From positions 267 through 64,266 of the forward strand of contig JAWKXG010000012.1 in NCBI GenBank assembly GCA_041397065.1: a stretch of DNA of 64,000 bases. The letters run 5' to 3'. The notes under the pieces are model-generated. The model made no database searches. It was not told the origin of the DNA and saw only the letters and a list, made by a program, of their open reading frames with translations. The DNA comes from Paracoccaceae bacterium. GTDB lineage: Bacteria; Pseudomonadota; Alphaproteobacteria; Rhodobacterales; Rhodobacteraceae. Made by a program: the position numbers and the translations under genes. Position 1 is the stretch's first letter. Each line of letters starts with the position of its first letter. This document shows, piece after piece, positions 48,251 through 59,873 of the stretch.

Positions 48251-49747
48251 CTAGGGGGCCCGGTAGGCTTGCAGTGCCGCTTCGCTGCCCTCGTCGCGGA
48301 TCAGGGCGAACCAATGGGCAAATGCCTGCGCAAAGCCGGGATCATCGGCCAGCGAACCATAATATTGCCGTTGTTCGAGCCACGCTTGCGGATCGTCTTG
48401 CGCGGTCTTGGCCGCAGCGTTCAGCGCGGGCCAGTCAGGGTCGTTCGGTTCGATGGGCGTGCCATCCTCGCGCGTGCCCAGACACATCCGCGCCCAAAGG
48501 GCCTGCGCCAGCGCAAGACCGTTTACGGGCATGCCCGCCGACAGACCGTCGCGGACCGACGGCAAGAGGAACCCGGTGTGGCGCGAGGACCCATCGAACG
48601 CGACACGCCGCGTGGTATCGACGATCATCGGGTTCGAAAAGCGCCGGATCAACAGATCAAGATAGGCCATCGGGCTGTATCCCGGCACGGGGCGGACATG
48701 CGGAATGATTTCCTCGCGCTCGATCCTTTCGAACAGCGCGCGGATCAGCGGATGTTCCATCGCGCCGGCGATGGTCTTGACCGAAAGCAATTCACCGGCA
48801 TTCGCAATGATCTGATGCCCACCGTTCAGCATCCGGATCTTCATCGTTTCATAGGAATGGACGTTGTCGGCAAAGGCCGCGCCTACCTTGTCCCAGTCGG
48901 GACGACCGGCGCAGAAACGATCCTCGATCACCCATTGACGGAAACTTTCATGCGTCACCGGGGCCGCGTCGGCGATACCGAAATGACGGGCCAGCGCCAG
49001 TTCCTGCGGTCCGGTCGCGGGAACGATGCAATCGACCATCGCGTTCGGGAAGGTGCACTGCGCATCGATCCAGTCCGCAAGTTCCGGATCGCTCAACCGC
49101 GCCAGCGACACGACCGTCTGCCGCAAGATCGCGCCGTTGCCCTGAAGGTTGTCACAGCTTTGGCCGGTGAAAGGGCCAATCCCGGTATCCCGCCGCCGCC
49201 GCAGCGCCGCGACCATGGCGCCGAAAGCCGTGCGGGGCGTATCGGGGTTCGCGGCGTCGTGGACGATATCAGGGTGGCCCGCGTCGAACCCCTTGGTGAC
49301 CGGGTCCAGATAGTATCCGCCTTCGGTTACTGTCAGCGCGACGATGCGGATGTCAGGCTGGGCCATGCGGTCGATCAGGGGGGCGTTGCCCTCGACGATG
49401 GGGACGTAATCGATCATCGAGCCGACCACTTCGGCCGATTGTCCGGCAGGATCCAGTTCTATCAGCGTGGTCAGATAGTCCTGCGCCCGCAGTTTTTCGC
49501 GCAGCGCGATGTCATAGGGCCGAACGCCCGCGCCGACGATGGCCCAGTCCTGCGCTAGCCCCTGCTGCATCAGGCGGTGCAGATACCAAGCCTGATGCGC
49601 CCGATGGAAATTGCCCAGCCCGATATGCACGATCCCCGCCGTCAGCCGCGACCGGTCATAAGTCGGGCGCGCGATTTCGGGCGGCAGCGATGCCAGTGTG
49701 GTGTTGTTCAGGTCGATCACGTCAGCCCCATAGAAAGAGTCGTCCAT
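48251..49747 (-). CDS. mtlK: Mannitol 2-dehydrogenase family protein
   Basis: HIGLGNFHRAHQA, TVTEGGY, SCDNL, MVDCIVP and KIRMLNGGH motifs. Confidence 0.88.
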   Translation of the reverse strand: MDDSFYGADVIDLNNTTLASLPPEIARPTYDRSRLTAGIVHIGLGNFHRAHQAWYLHRLMQQGLAQDWAIVGAGVRPYDIALREKLRAQDYLTTLIELDPAGQSAEVVGSMIDYVPIVEGNAPLIDRMAQPDIRIVALTVTEGGYYLDPVTKGFDAGHPDIVHDAANPDTPRTAFGAMVAALRRRRDTGIGPFTGQSCDNLQGNGAILRQTVVSLARLSDPELADWIDAQCTFPNAMVDCIVPATGPQELALARHFGIADAAPVTHESFRQWVIEDRFCAGRPDWDKVGAAFADNVHSYETMKIRMLNGGHQIIANAGELLSVKTIAGAMEHPLIRALFERIEREEIIPHVRPVPGYSPMAYLDLLIRRFSNPMIVDTTRRVAFDGSSRHTGFLLPSVRDGLSAGMPVNGLALAQALWARMCLGTREDGTPIEPNDPDWPALNAAAKTAQDDPQAWLEQRQYYGSLADDPGFAQAFAHWFALIRDEGSEAALQAYRAP

Positions 49748-50516
49748 CAGCTCATCCAGTTGCCGCCGTCGACGTTATAGGTCTGGGCGACCACATAGTC
49801 GGAATCGGGAGATGCCAAGAAAATCGCCATGCCCGTCAGGTCTTGGGCGGTTCCCATGCGGCCAAAGGGGACAGCGGCCCCAACCTCGCGCTTTTTCTGC
49901 CCGAGAGGTTTGTTTTCATGCCGGGCAAAGAACGCATCCACGCCGTCCCAGTGTTCGCCATCGACCACACCGGGGGCGATGGCGTTGACGTTGATACCGT
50001 GCGCGATCAGGTTCAGGCCCGCCGATTGGGTCAGGCTGATGACGGCGGCTTTGCTGGCGCAATAAACCGCGACCAGCGATTCACCGCGCCTGCCTGCCTG
50101 CGACGCCATGTTGATGATCTTGCCGCCCTTGCCGCGTTCGATCATGTGCCGGGCGACGGCCTGCATCATGAACAAAGTGCCCGAGACATTGATATCGAAC
50201 ACGCGCTGATAGTCGGCGCGGGTGATTTCCACGATCGGTGCGGCGGTAAAGATCGCTGCGTTGTTGATCAGGATGTCAATGCTGCCCAGTTCCGCGACAG
50301 TTTCGGCGACGGCGGCATCGATGCTGTGCTGCTGCGTCACGTCCAGTTCGACGGCGATGGCCGCGCTGCCGATGGCTGCCGCCGCCTCGCGCGCGCGCGC
50401 AATATCGATGTCGGCAATGGCGACGCGCGCCCCTTCGGCGACATAGGCCTGCGCGAAGGCAAGGCCGATACCCCGCGCCGCACCGGTGATCAGTGCCGTT
50501 TTTCCATCAAGCCGTT

Positions 50517-50520
<4 letters not shown>
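49747..50520 (-). CDS. smoS: Sorbitol (L-iditol) dehydrogenase, SDR
   Basis: [32 protein letters not shown] and [10 protein letters not shown] motifs. Confidence 0.9.
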
Positions 50521-51521
<1,001 letters not shown>

Positions 51522-51531
51522 GTGAGGCTCC

Positions 51532-52362
51532 TTATTTCACCGCGCCGAAGGTCAGGCCGCGGACAAGTTGTTTCTGGCTGAACCAGCCGAGGATCAGGAT
51601 CGGCGCGATTGCCATCGTCGAGGCCGCGGACAGCTTGGCGAAGAACAGGCCTTCGGGGCTGGAATAGCTGGCGATGAACGCGGTCAGGGGCGCAGCGCCA
51701 GCGGCGGTCAGGTTCAGGGTCCAGAAAGCCTCGTTCCATGCCAGAATGAAGTTCAGCAGGATGGTCGAGGCAATTCCCGGGATCGCCATCGGTGTCAGCA
51801 CATACAGGATCTCGGCTTTCAGACCGGCACCATCCATCCGCGCGGCCTCGAGGATCTCGCCCGGGATCTCGCGGAAATAGGTATACAGCATCCAGACAAT
51901 GATCGGCAGGTTGATGAGCATCAGCACGACGACCAGCCCGATACGGCTGTCCAGCAGACCCATGCGGATGAACAGCAGGTAAATCGGATACAGCACACCC
52001 ACCGCCGGCAGCATCTTGGTCGACAGCATCCACAGCAGGATGTCCTTGGTCCGGCGGCTGGGAACGAAGGCCATCGACCACGCCGCAGGCACGGCCACCA
52101 GAATCCCCAACAGGGTGGATCCACCGGCGATGATGATCGAGTTCGTCAGAAACTTCAGGTAGTCCGAGCGTTCCTGCACGACCGAATAGTTTTCCAGCGT
52201 CCAGTCGAAGAACAGGAAGACGGGCGGGTCGGCCACGGCTTGCCCCTCGGTCTTGAAGCTGGTCAGGATGGTCCACAGGATCGGAAAGAAGATCAGCAGG
52301 CCCAATCCCCACGCGAGGACGGTGAAGATGATCTTGCGCTGAGTGGTGACGGCGCGTGCCAT
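51532..52362 (-). CDS. smoG: Polyol ABC transporter permease
   Basis: EAARMDGA loop and C-terminal [12 protein letters not shown]. Confidence 0.88.
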   Translation of the reverse strand: MARAVTTQRKIIFTVLAWGLGLLIFFPILWTILTSFKTEGQAVADPPVFLFFDWTLENYSVVQERSDYLKFLTNSIIIAGGSTLLGILVAVPAAWSMAFVPSRRTKDILLWMLSTKMLPAVGVLYPIYLLFIRMGLLDSRIGLVVVLMLINLPIIVWMLYTYFREIPGEILEAARMDGAGLKAEILYVLTPMAIPGIASTILLNFILAWNEAFWTLNLTAAGAAPLTAFIASYSSPEGLFFAKLSAASTMAIAPILILGWFSQKQLVRGLTFGAVK

Positions 52363-52372
52363 GGGGCTCTCC

Positions 52373-53239
52373 TCAACGGTCCAGGTTCTTGCCGACGATG
52401 CGCATCAGGAAGATCGCAACGATATTGGCCAGAATGATTGCATAGACACCGCCCGCACTGCCCAACCCGACGTTCTGCGCGTCGAGGACACGCTGGAAGA
52501 TCAGGTAGGTCAGCGTCCGCGAACCGAAAGCACCGCCGGTGGTGACGAAAATCTCGGCGAAGACCGACAGCAGGAAGATCGTCTGGATCAGGATCACGAT
52601 GGTGACGGCGCGGCTCAGGTGCGGCAAGACGATGAAGACGAAGCGGCTGACAACGCCGGCGCCGTCCATTTCGGCGGCTTCCAGCTGTTCGCTGTCCAGC
52701 GACTGGATCGCCGTCAGAAGGATCAGCGTCGCGAAGGGCAGCCATTGCCAAGACACGATCACGATCAGTGACACCAACGGCTGATCGCTGAGCCAGACCA
52801 CGGGATCGGCCCCGAAAAAGCGCCACAGATGGGCGAACAGGCCGTTCACCGGATCCATGAACATGTTCTTCCACACCAGCGCCGACACCGTCGGCATGAC
52901 GAAGAACGGCGCGATGACGAGAATCCGCACAACACCTTGGCCCCACATCGGCTGATCCAGCAGGATCGCGAGGAAAATGCCAAGGAAGATGGTGATCAGC
53001 AGGACGCCCCCGACGATGATCAGCGTCGTCGTCACGCTGGGCCAGAAGGCGCTCGAGGTCACGAACCGCACATAGTTGTCGAACCCGGCAGGACCCAGAT
53101 CGCCGCCGCGCAGCGGAAGATACTGCCGGAACGAGAACCACAAGGTCATGCACAGGGGCACAAGCATCCAGCCCAGAAGCAGAACAACGGCGGGTGCCAT
53201 CATGATGCGGGCTGCAGAGCGGGAGTGCTGGGTTGCCAT
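52373..53239 (-). CDS. smoF: Polyol ABC transporter permease
   Basis: MATQHSR N-terminus and EAAEMDGA loop. Confidence 0.88.
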   Translation of the reverse strand: MATQHSRSAARIMMAPAVVLLLGWMLVPLCMTLWFSFRQYLPLRGGDLGPAGFDNYVRFVTSSAFWPSVTTTLIIVGGVLLITIFLGIFLAILLDQPMWGQGVVRILVIAPFFVMPTVSALVWKNMFMDPVNGLFAHLWRFFGADPVVWLSDQPLVSLIVIVSWQWLPFATLILLTAIQSLDSEQLEAAEMDGAGVVSRFVFIVLPHLSRAVTIVILIQTIFLLSVFAEIFVTTGGAFGSRTLTYLIFQRVLDAQNVGLGSAGGVYAIILANIVAIFLMRIVGKNLDR

Positions 53240-53397
53240 CTGGATAATCCTCTCTCGCGTGGCGGCTGCAAGGCCGCCAAAACGAAGATTGGCTTGAATG
53301 TCGCGGGGTTGCCAGTCGGGATTCAGGATCGACCGTCTGGCAAGAGGTGGGGAACGAGGGCAGGCAAACAGGCCCGCCCCCGGCAGAGACCGTCGGA

Positions 53398-54696
53398 TCA
53401 GTAACCCGCGGCTTCCATTTCTTCGGACGCGATCGCCTGGGCCCGGGCAAGGGCTTCCTCGACCGTCTGCTGACCGGCATAGACCGCCGAGAACTCTTGG
53501 CTCACCTGCGTGGCGATACCGGCGAATTCGGGGATGGCGGCGAACTGGATGCCGACATACGGGACCGGATCAACCGTGGGGTTGTTCGGGTCAGCCGAAA
53601 GGATCGAATCCAGCGTCATCTGTGCGAACGGAACCGCCAGATAGTTGGGGTTCTGATACAGCGAGGTGCGGGCACCCGGCGGCACGTTGGCCCAGCCTTC
53701 GTTCGCGGCGACCAGTTCGATATACTCGCGTGAGGTGGCCCATTCGATGAACTGACGGGCTTCGTCAGCCTGATCGGTGCCGGCGGGGATGGCCAGCGCC
53801 CAAGCCCAGAGCCAGTTCGAGCGGCGACCAAGGCCGTTGTCCGGCGCGAGGGCGAAACCGACATGATCGGCCACTTCGGATTCATTCGGGTTGGTCACGA
53901 ACGACGCGGCGACGGTGGCGTCGATCCACATGCCGCACTTGCCCTGCTGGAACAGCGACAGGTTTTCGTTGAAGCCGTTGGTGGCATACCCGGCCGGACC
54001 GGATTCGTTCATCATGCCGACAAAGAACGACAGGGTGTCGTGCCAAGGCTGCGTGTCGAACTGCGGACGCCATTCTTCGTCGAACCAGCGCGCGCCGAAC
54101 GAGTTGGACATCGCGGTGATGAAGGCCCCGCCTTCGCCCCAGCCGGCCTTGCCACGCAGGCAGATGCCGTTGATGTCGTTGGCGCGGTCGGTCATGGCGG
54201 CCGCGGCTTCGCGGATGAACTGCCACGTCGGCGCGGTCGGCATTTCCAGACCGGCGGCGGCCATCAGGTCGGTCCGGTACATGATCATCGAGCTTTCGCC
54301 ATAGAACGGCGCAGCGTAAAGCGTGCCATTGTGGCTCAGACCGCCCGCCATGGCGGGCAGGATGTCGGCGGCGTCATAGGCTTCGGACAGGTTGTTCAGC
54401 GGAACCAGCCAGTCGTTCGCACCCCAGATCGGGGTTTCGTACATGCCGATGGTCATGATGTCGAACTGGCCACCATTGGTGGTGATGTCGGTCGTGACGC
54501 GCTGGCGCAGGACGTTTTCTTCCAGCGTCACCCATTCGACTTCGATGCCGGTGGCTGCGGTGAACTGGTCGGTATAACCCTGCATGCGGATCATGTCGCC
54601 GTTGTTGACGGTGGCGATCGTGATCGTATTGGCAAGGGCCACGCCCGATACCAATGCAAGCGCGGTTGACGCAACCAAGGTGCGTTTCAGGTCCAT
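53398..54696 (-). CDS. smoE: Polyol ABC transporter substrate-binding protein
   Basis: Signal peptide; TIATVNNGDMIRMQ and LEENVLRQRVTTDI motifs. Confidence 0.9.
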   Translation of the reverse strand: MDLKRTLVASTALALVSGVALANTITIATVNNGDMIRMQGYTDQFTAATGIEVEWVTLEENVLRQRVTTDITTNGGQFDIMTIGMYETPIWGANDWLVPLNNLSEAYDAADILPAMAGGLSHNGTLYAAPFYGESSMIMYRTDLMAAAGLEMPTAPTWQFIREAAAAMTDRANDINGICLRGKAGWGEGGAFITAMSNSFGARWFDEEWRPQFDTQPWHDTLSFFVGMMNESGPAGYATNGFNENLSLFQQGKCGMWIDATVAASFVTNPNESEVADHVGFALAPDNGLGRRSNWLWAWALAIPAGTDQADEARQFIEWATSREYIELVAANEGWANVPPGARTSLYQNPNYLAVPFAQMTLDSILSADPNNPTVDPVPYVGIQFAAIPEFAGIATQVSQEFSAVYAGQQTVEEALARAQAIASEEMEAAGY

Positions 54697-54767
54697 CCTC
54701 ATTCCTCCCAAGGTTTCTGGATACCTGAACGACCCTAGTCAGTGGCCTTGTGTTGTGTCAATAAAAT

Positions 54768-54781
54768 TTTACGGGCGTAAA
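54768..54781. promoter_or_regulatory. LacI-type operator TTTACG-GG-CGTAAA upstream of smoE
   Basis: Inverted repeat in the AT-rich promoter region, next to a LacI regulator gene. Confidence 0.6.
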
Positions 54782-54810
54782 GTAATATTGGAGTATCGCG
54801 TCAATATTCT

Positions 54811-55842
54811 CTAGGCCGAGTCCCGCAGGATCAGGGTTCCGTCAAAAAGCGTGGACTCGCGCTTTGCGGGCCGGGTTTCGGTTTCCACCAAGGAAAGCAA
54901 GGTGTTGACGCTGGTTTGCGCGATGGCCGCGTAGTCATGCGACACGGTGGTCAGCATCGGGCAGGTGAACCGCGCGAGGGGGTGGTTGTCGTGCCCGGCC
55001 ACCCGCAACGCGTTCCCCCTGCCCCGCCCGACACGGAACCCGCATTCATAGGCCGCGGCCAGAAAGCCGATGGCCAGACGGTCGTTGCTGCACAGGATGG
55101 AATCGGTCGGCAGGCTTCGGCCCTTCAATACGCCCAATCCGCCGCGATAGCCGATCTCTTCCAAGTCCCAGCCCTCGCCTTCGATCTGGATCACCTCGGG
55201 CGCCAGGCCGTTGCGATTCATCGCCTCGATATAGGCGTTGCGGCGTTTGTTGGCGTTCGGGTTCGGGGGTGTGCGCATTTCAAGGAAACTCGGCGGCTCG
55301 CCGGTTCGGATCATGTATTCCAGAATGATATCCGTTGCTTGCCTGTTGTTGTGGCCGACAAATGCCTCGCCGATGCCGTCAATATTGGCGTCGAAATTGA
55401 TGGTCGGGACGTCGGCGCAGAAGGCGGCCAAGGCCTCGCGGTCGGAACTGCGCCCCAACGGAGCCAGCAGCACACCCGCAGGCTTGATCGCACGCAGCGC
55501 GTCGAGGTTTCCGATCTCCAGCATCGGATCGCCATGCGAGCTGAGCAGGATCGGGCGATACCCCGCATTGATCACAAGGGTTTCGATCTGGCGGGCGATT
55601 TCGGCGAAGAACGGATCGGCCAGATAGGGAACGACGATGCCGATATTCTTGGTCAACCGCCGATTCTGGTTCATCGCATAGATGTTCGGGGTGTAGTTGT
55701 ATTGTTCCAGCGCGGCCTCGATCCGCGCACGGGTCGACTGGCGGACGCTCTCGGGGTCGTTGAAATACTTGGACACCGTCGGGCGGGAGATCCCGCTAAC
55801 CGTCGCGAACTCCTCCATGTTCCGAATACGGGGTGTGCTCAT
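54811..55842 (-). CDS. LacI family regulator of the polyol operon
   Basis: GISRPTVSKYFN HTH, DPFFAEIA, CSNDRLAIG and LTTV motifs. Confidence 0.9.
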   Translation of the reverse strand: MSTPRIRNMEEFATVSGISRPTVSKYFNDPESVRQSTRARIEAALEQYNYTPNIYAMNQNRRLTKNIGIVVPYLADPFFAEIARQIETLVINAGYRPILLSSHGDPMLEIGNLDALRAIKPAGVLLAPLGRSSDREALAAFCADVPTINFDANIDGIGEAFVGHNNRQATDIILEYMIRTGEPPSFLEMRTPPNPNANKRRNAYIEAMNRNGLAPEVIQIEGEGWDLEEIGYRGGLGVLKGRSLPTDSILCSNDRLAIGFLAAAYECGFRVGRGRGNALRVAGHDNHPLARFTCPMLTTVSHDYAAIAQTSVNTLLSLVETETRPAKRESTLFDGTLILRDSA

Positions 55843-55887
55843 GGGCCCCTGCCTTTCCACGCGTGATATCGCGACGTCGCGTTAAAT

Positions 55888-55901
55888 TTATCGCGCGATA
55901 A
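55888..55901. promoter_or_regulatory. Palindrome TTATCGCGCGATAA upstream of the LacI gene
   Basis: Perfect 14-bp palindrome; possible autoregulatory operator. Confidence 0.4.
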
Positions 55902-55989
55902 CAAGTGGAAAGATTACCGAATGCAAGCGCCCTGCGTCAACCCACCCGGGCATGAACCTGCCACCGCGCGCAGGGATCCGAGGTGCCGG

Positions 55990-56982
55990 TCAGCCGGGTT
56001 CGGCCAGAATGCAAGCGGCCCGCTGGCCGGCGCCGACATCGCGCAGCGCGATCCGACCCGTCTTGCAACTCGCTTCGACCAGAGGGCAACGCGGATGGAA
56101 ATGGCAGCCCGGCGGCGGTGCCAAAGGCGATGGGATCTCGCCCTTGATCGGCGTATGGGTCTGGCGCGAGGCGCTGATGCGCGGCGCAGCCTGCCACAGT
56201 GCACGGGTATAAGGGTGCACCGGCGCACCCAGCACTTGCGCGGCCGATCCCTGTTCAACGATCCGTCCCAGATACATCACCGCCACCTGCTGGCTGAGAT
56301 GACGAACGACCGTCAGATCATGGCTGATGAACAGATACGATAGCCCGCGCTGACGTTGCAGCGTCATGAACAGGTTGATGATCTGTGCCTGAATCGAGAC
56401 ATCCAGCGCGGCAACAGGTTCGTCGCACAAGATCAGGTCAGGTTGCATTGCCAAGGCGCGGGCGATCCCAAAGCGCTGTCGCTGCCCCCCGGAAACCTGG
56501 TGCGGGTAACGCTCGGCCAGAACCGGGTCGATGCCGCAGTCGCCGAAGACCTGCCGCAGATAGCTCTCGGCCTCGGACCGTGGGACAATCGCGTGAACCC
56601 GCACGGCCTCGGCCAGTTGTGCGCCCAACCTCATCCGGGGGTTAAGCGACGAATAGGGATCCTGAAAGACCATCTGGATCTTCAGTCTTTCGGCGGGGCT
56701 CAGGGTGTCGATCGGGCGCCCGCGCACAAGGATTTCGCCCTTGGTGGGGGTAATCAGCCCCGCAACAAGCCGCGCCACGGTGGACTTGCCGCACCCGGAT
56801 TCCCCCACCAGCCCCAGCGTCTGCCCGGCGTCGAGCCGCAACGAAACATCGTCGACAGCATGCACCTTGCGCGGTTGCCACCGCGTGGCCGACGACACCC
56901 GCCGGGCGGCCTGTTCGAGCAGCGTCGCGGGCTGCGCAAAGTCACGCGACAGGCCGCGCAGTTCCAAAAGCGGGGCGGTCAT
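55990..56982 (-). CDS. Peptide/nickel ABC transporter ATP-binding protein (DppF/OppF-like)
   Basis: [23 protein letters not shown] and GCHFHPRC motifs. Confidence 0.9.
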   Translation of the reverse strand: MTAPLLELRGLSRDFAQPATLLEQAARRVSSATRWQPRKVHAVDDVSLRLDAGQTLGLVGESGCGKSTVARLVAGLITPTKGEILVRGRPIDTLSPAERLKIQMVFQDPYSSLNPRMRLGAQLAEAVRVHAIVPRSEAESYLRQVFGDCGIDPVLAERYPHQVSGGQRQRFGIARALAMQPDLILCDEPVAALDVSIQAQIINLFMTLQRQRGLSYLFISHDLTVVRHLSQQVAVMYLGRIVEQGSAAQVLGAPVHPYTRALWQAAPRISASRQTHTPIKGEIPSPLAPPPGCHFHPRCPLVEASCKTGRIALRDVGAGQRAACILAEPG

Positions 56983-57962
56983 GCGGGCACCTCGGCATTC
57001 AGGGGGTGCAGGCACCGCCAAACGCGATCGCCTGCCTTCGTTTCCGGGGGCGTTGCGTCGCCACATCCTGCCCCTGCCCTGTCGCAGCGCGGCCGAAATG
57101 CGCAGCCGCGCGGCAAATCGGCCGGAGAGGGCATCAGCCCGGGAATCTGGGCCAGTGCCGAACCCGGTTGGGCATTGTCGGGAATGGACCCCAGAAGGCC
57201 CCGTGTGTAGGGATGACGCGGATCACCAAGGACCTGCCCCGCCGGCCCGCTTTCGACGATCCTGCCCGCATACATGACGGCAATGTGGTCGGCGATGCCT
57301 GACACCACGGCAAGATCATGCGTGATCCACACCAGCGCGGTGCCGTTGGCCTCGCACAGGACGCGCATCTCGTGCAGGATCTGGGCTTGGATCGTCACGT
57401 CCAGCGCTGTCGTCGCCTCATCCGCAAGGATCAGCGCAGGGCGGTTCAGAAGGGCCGTCGCGATGATGATCCGCTGGCGCATCCCGCCCGAAAATTCATG
57501 CGGCCAACCGCGCAACCGCTCTTCGGGTGCCGGTATGCCGACTTGGCGCAGCACCTCCAGACAGCGCGCGCGCACAGCCTCGCGCGGCATTCGTGGGTCA
57601 TGTGCCAGAAGCGCCTCGGCCATCTGTTCCTCGATCCGCAGAACGGGATTCAGCGTCGCCATGGGATCCTGAAAGATCATCGCCATCCGGTTGCCCCGAA
57701 GTGCCCGCATCTCGTCCGGACCGAGGCCGACAAGATCGCGCCCCTCGAACAGGATCTGCCCGCCGGATACATGGCCCGGATGCGCCAGCAAGCCCATGAT
57801 CGCCCGCGCCATCACCGACTTGCCCGATCCCGATTCACCGACAAGCCCGAGAACTTCGCCGGGTTGCAGACGCAGATCCACGCCCTGCAAGGCACGCACG
57901 GGCTTGCGGCGCGTCGGGAAGGTCACCTCGAGGCCTCTGACGTCGAGAAGCGGTGCCATCAT
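56979..57962 (-). CDS. Peptide/nickel ABC transporter ATP-binding protein (DppD/OppD-like)
   Basis: GESGSGKS, FSGGMRQR, HPYTRGL and GCAFRPRC motifs. Confidence 0.9.
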   Translation of the reverse strand: MMAPLLDVRGLEVTFPTRRKPVRALQGVDLRLQPGEVLGLVGESGSGKSVMARAIMGLLAHPGHVSGGQILFEGRDLVGLGPDEMRALRGNRMAMIFQDPMATLNPVLRIEEQMAEALLAHDPRMPREAVRARCLEVLRQVGIPAPEERLRGWPHEFSGGMRQRIIIATALLNRPALILADEATTALDVTIQAQILHEMRVLCEANGTALVWITHDLAVVSGIADHIAVMYAGRIVESGPAGQVLGDPRHPYTRGLLGSIPDNAQPGSALAQIPGLMPSPADLPRGCAFRPRCDRAGAGCGDATPPETKAGDRVWRCLHPLNAEVPA

Positions 57963-58849
57963 TGCCTCCGGGTTTTGGGGTTCAGGATGTCGCGCAGATG
58001 ATCGCCGACAAGGTTGATCGAGAGCACCGTGAACAACAGCGCCAGTCCGGGGAAAATGCTGAGCCAATAGCGACCGGCCTGCAGATAGCCATAGCCGTTG
58101 GCAATCAGGAGCCCCAGCGAGGGTTCGGTCAGTGGCAACCCGATGCCAAGAAACGACAGCGTCGCCTCGAGCGAGATCGCATAGGCAACCTGCATGGTGA
58201 CCAGAACGATCAGCGGCGGGATGCAATTGGGCAGAAGGTGGCGCAGGATGACACGGCTGTGCGAATACTGCAGCACATGCGCGGCTTCGATATATTCGCG
58301 GTTCTTTTCGACAAGGGCCTGCGCGCGGATTGTCCGGGCGTAATAGGCCCACTGCACCAGCACCAGCGCCAGAATGATCTTGTCGACGCCGGTCCCGAGG
58401 ATGGCGACCAGAACCAGAGCGATCAGCATCGCCGGAAAGCTGAGCTGCAATTCCACCAGCCGCATGATCAGCGCGTCGACAACCCCGCCGACATAGGCGG
58501 CGACGAGCCCGACCAAGGCCCCCAGAGCGAAGGCGATGAAGGCCGAACTTGCGCCCACCATCAAGCTGGTGCGCAGGCCGAAGAGTATGCCCGACAGGAT
58601 GTCCCGGCCCTGATCGTCGGTGCCCAGCAGATAGACTGTCCCCGTCCATCCCGCCGATCCGGGCGCCAGATTTCCATCCATGAAATCGAGCTGCGTCAGG
58701 TCATAGGGGTCTTGCGGCGCGATCCATGGTGCAAAGAGCGCAAGGACGATCACCAGAACCAGCCCGGCCAATCCGATCACTGCGTAAGGGTTTGCGACGA
58801 AGTCGGCGATGAACATGCCCAGCGGGCGGTCTCGGAAGGGGATGCTCAT
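57959..58849 (-). CDS. Peptide ABC transporter permease (DppC-like)
   Basis: LGTDDQGRD, EYIEAA and EATLSFLGIG motifs. Confidence 0.9.
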   Translation of the reverse strand: MSIPFRDRPLGMFIADFVANPYAVIGLAGLVLVIVLALFAPWIAPQDPYDLTQLDFMDGNLAPGSAGWTGTVYLLGTDDQGRDILSGILFGLRTSLMVGASSAFIAFALGALVGLVAAYVGGVVDALIMRLVELQLSFPAMLIALVLVAILGTGVDKIILALVLVQWAYYARTIRAQALVEKNREYIEAAHVLQYSHSRVILRHLLPNCIPPLIVLVTMQVAYAISLEATLSFLGIGLPLTEPSLGLLIANGYGYLQAGRYWLSIFPGLALLFTVLSINLVGDHLRDILNPKTRRQ

Positions 58850-59820
58850 GCCCGGCCCCCCACGCGAATTCGCGGATCGAGGGCGGAATACGCCAGATCG
58901 ACGAACAAGTTGATCAACACAAAGATGACAACCGTCAGCATCAGATACGCGACCACCACGGGCCGGTCGAGAACCTGAATCGACCTGATCAGCAGATTGC
59001 CCATGCCGGGCCATGCGAAGATGGTCTCGGTCACGACGGCAAAGGCCAGAAGGTTGCCGAATTCCAGCCCTAGAACGGTGATCACCGGGATCAGGATGTT
59101 GCGCAACACATGGCGGCCGATGATGCGTCGCTCGCTCACGCCTTTGGCGCGGGCAAAGGCGACATAGTCGCTGCTCATGTGTTCCTGCACGCCCGCACGG
59201 ACCAGCCGCAGGACCAGCGCCAGCTTGAACAGCGCAAGGTTGAACGCGGGCAGGAACAGATGCGTCAGCCCGTCCCATGTCAGAAAGCTGAAGGGCACGC
59301 CAAGGATGCTGACGGTCTCGCCCCGGTCGCCTGATGGAAGCCAGCCCAGCCAGACGGACGAGAGCATGATAAGGATGATCCCGACCCAGAAGGTCGGCAT
59401 CGAGAACAGAAAGATCGACCCCGCCATGATGGTGCGGTCCAGCCAGCTTCCGGGGTGAAGCCCGGCCCAGAGTCCCAAGGGAATCCCAAGGGCCACGGCC
59501 ATCACCATCGCCGCGACGGCCAGTTCCAGCGTCGCCGGCAGCCGTGTCAGGATCAGGTCCAGCGCCGGTTCGTTATAGACAAAGCTGCGTCCAAGATCGC
59601 CCGCCACCGCGCGTTCGAGAAACGCGAAATACTGCTGATACCATGGCAGGTCGAGGCCCAGTGCGCGGATCGCGGTCTCGCGTTCCAGAGGGGTCGCGGC
59701 GGGGTCGATCATCACGTCGACGGGGTTGCCGATCGCGAAGATACCCAGAAAGACAAGAAACGACATGACCAGCAGCACGGCAACGCTCTGAATCAGTCGC
59801 CGGCCGAGGAAAGCCAGCAT
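58846..59820 (-). CDS. Peptide ABC transporter permease (DppB-like)
   Basis: GDLGRS, RLPATLEL, ARAKG, ETIFAWPG and DPRI motifs. Confidence 0.9.
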   Translation of the reverse strand: MLAFLGRRLIQSVAVLLVMSFLVFLGIFAIGNPVDVMIDPAATPLERETAIRALGLDLPWYQQYFAFLERAVAGDLGRSFVYNEPALDLILTRLPATLELAVAAMVMAVALGIPLGLWAGLHPGSWLDRTIMAGSIFLFSMPTFWVGIILIMLSSVWLGWLPSGDRGETVSILGVPFSFLTWDGLTHLFLPAFNLALFKLALVLRLVRAGVQEHMSSDYVAFARAKGVSERRIIGRHVLRNILIPVITVLGLEFGNLLAFAVVTETIFAWPGMGNLLIRSIQVLDRPVVVAYLMLTVVIFVLINLFVDLAYSALDPRIRVGGRA

Positions 59821-59843
59821 GAGCAACCCTTTCGATCAGGCGA

Positions 59844-59865
59844 GGGGCGGCCAGCAGGCCGCCCC
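59844..59865 (-). terminator. GC-rich hairpin after the peptide-binding protein gene (mRNA stabiliser or attenuator)
   Basis: Perfect 9-bp stem GGGGCGGCC-AGCA-GGCCGCCCC, with no clear U-tract. Confidence 0.45.
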
Positions 59866-59873
59866 GGCGAGTT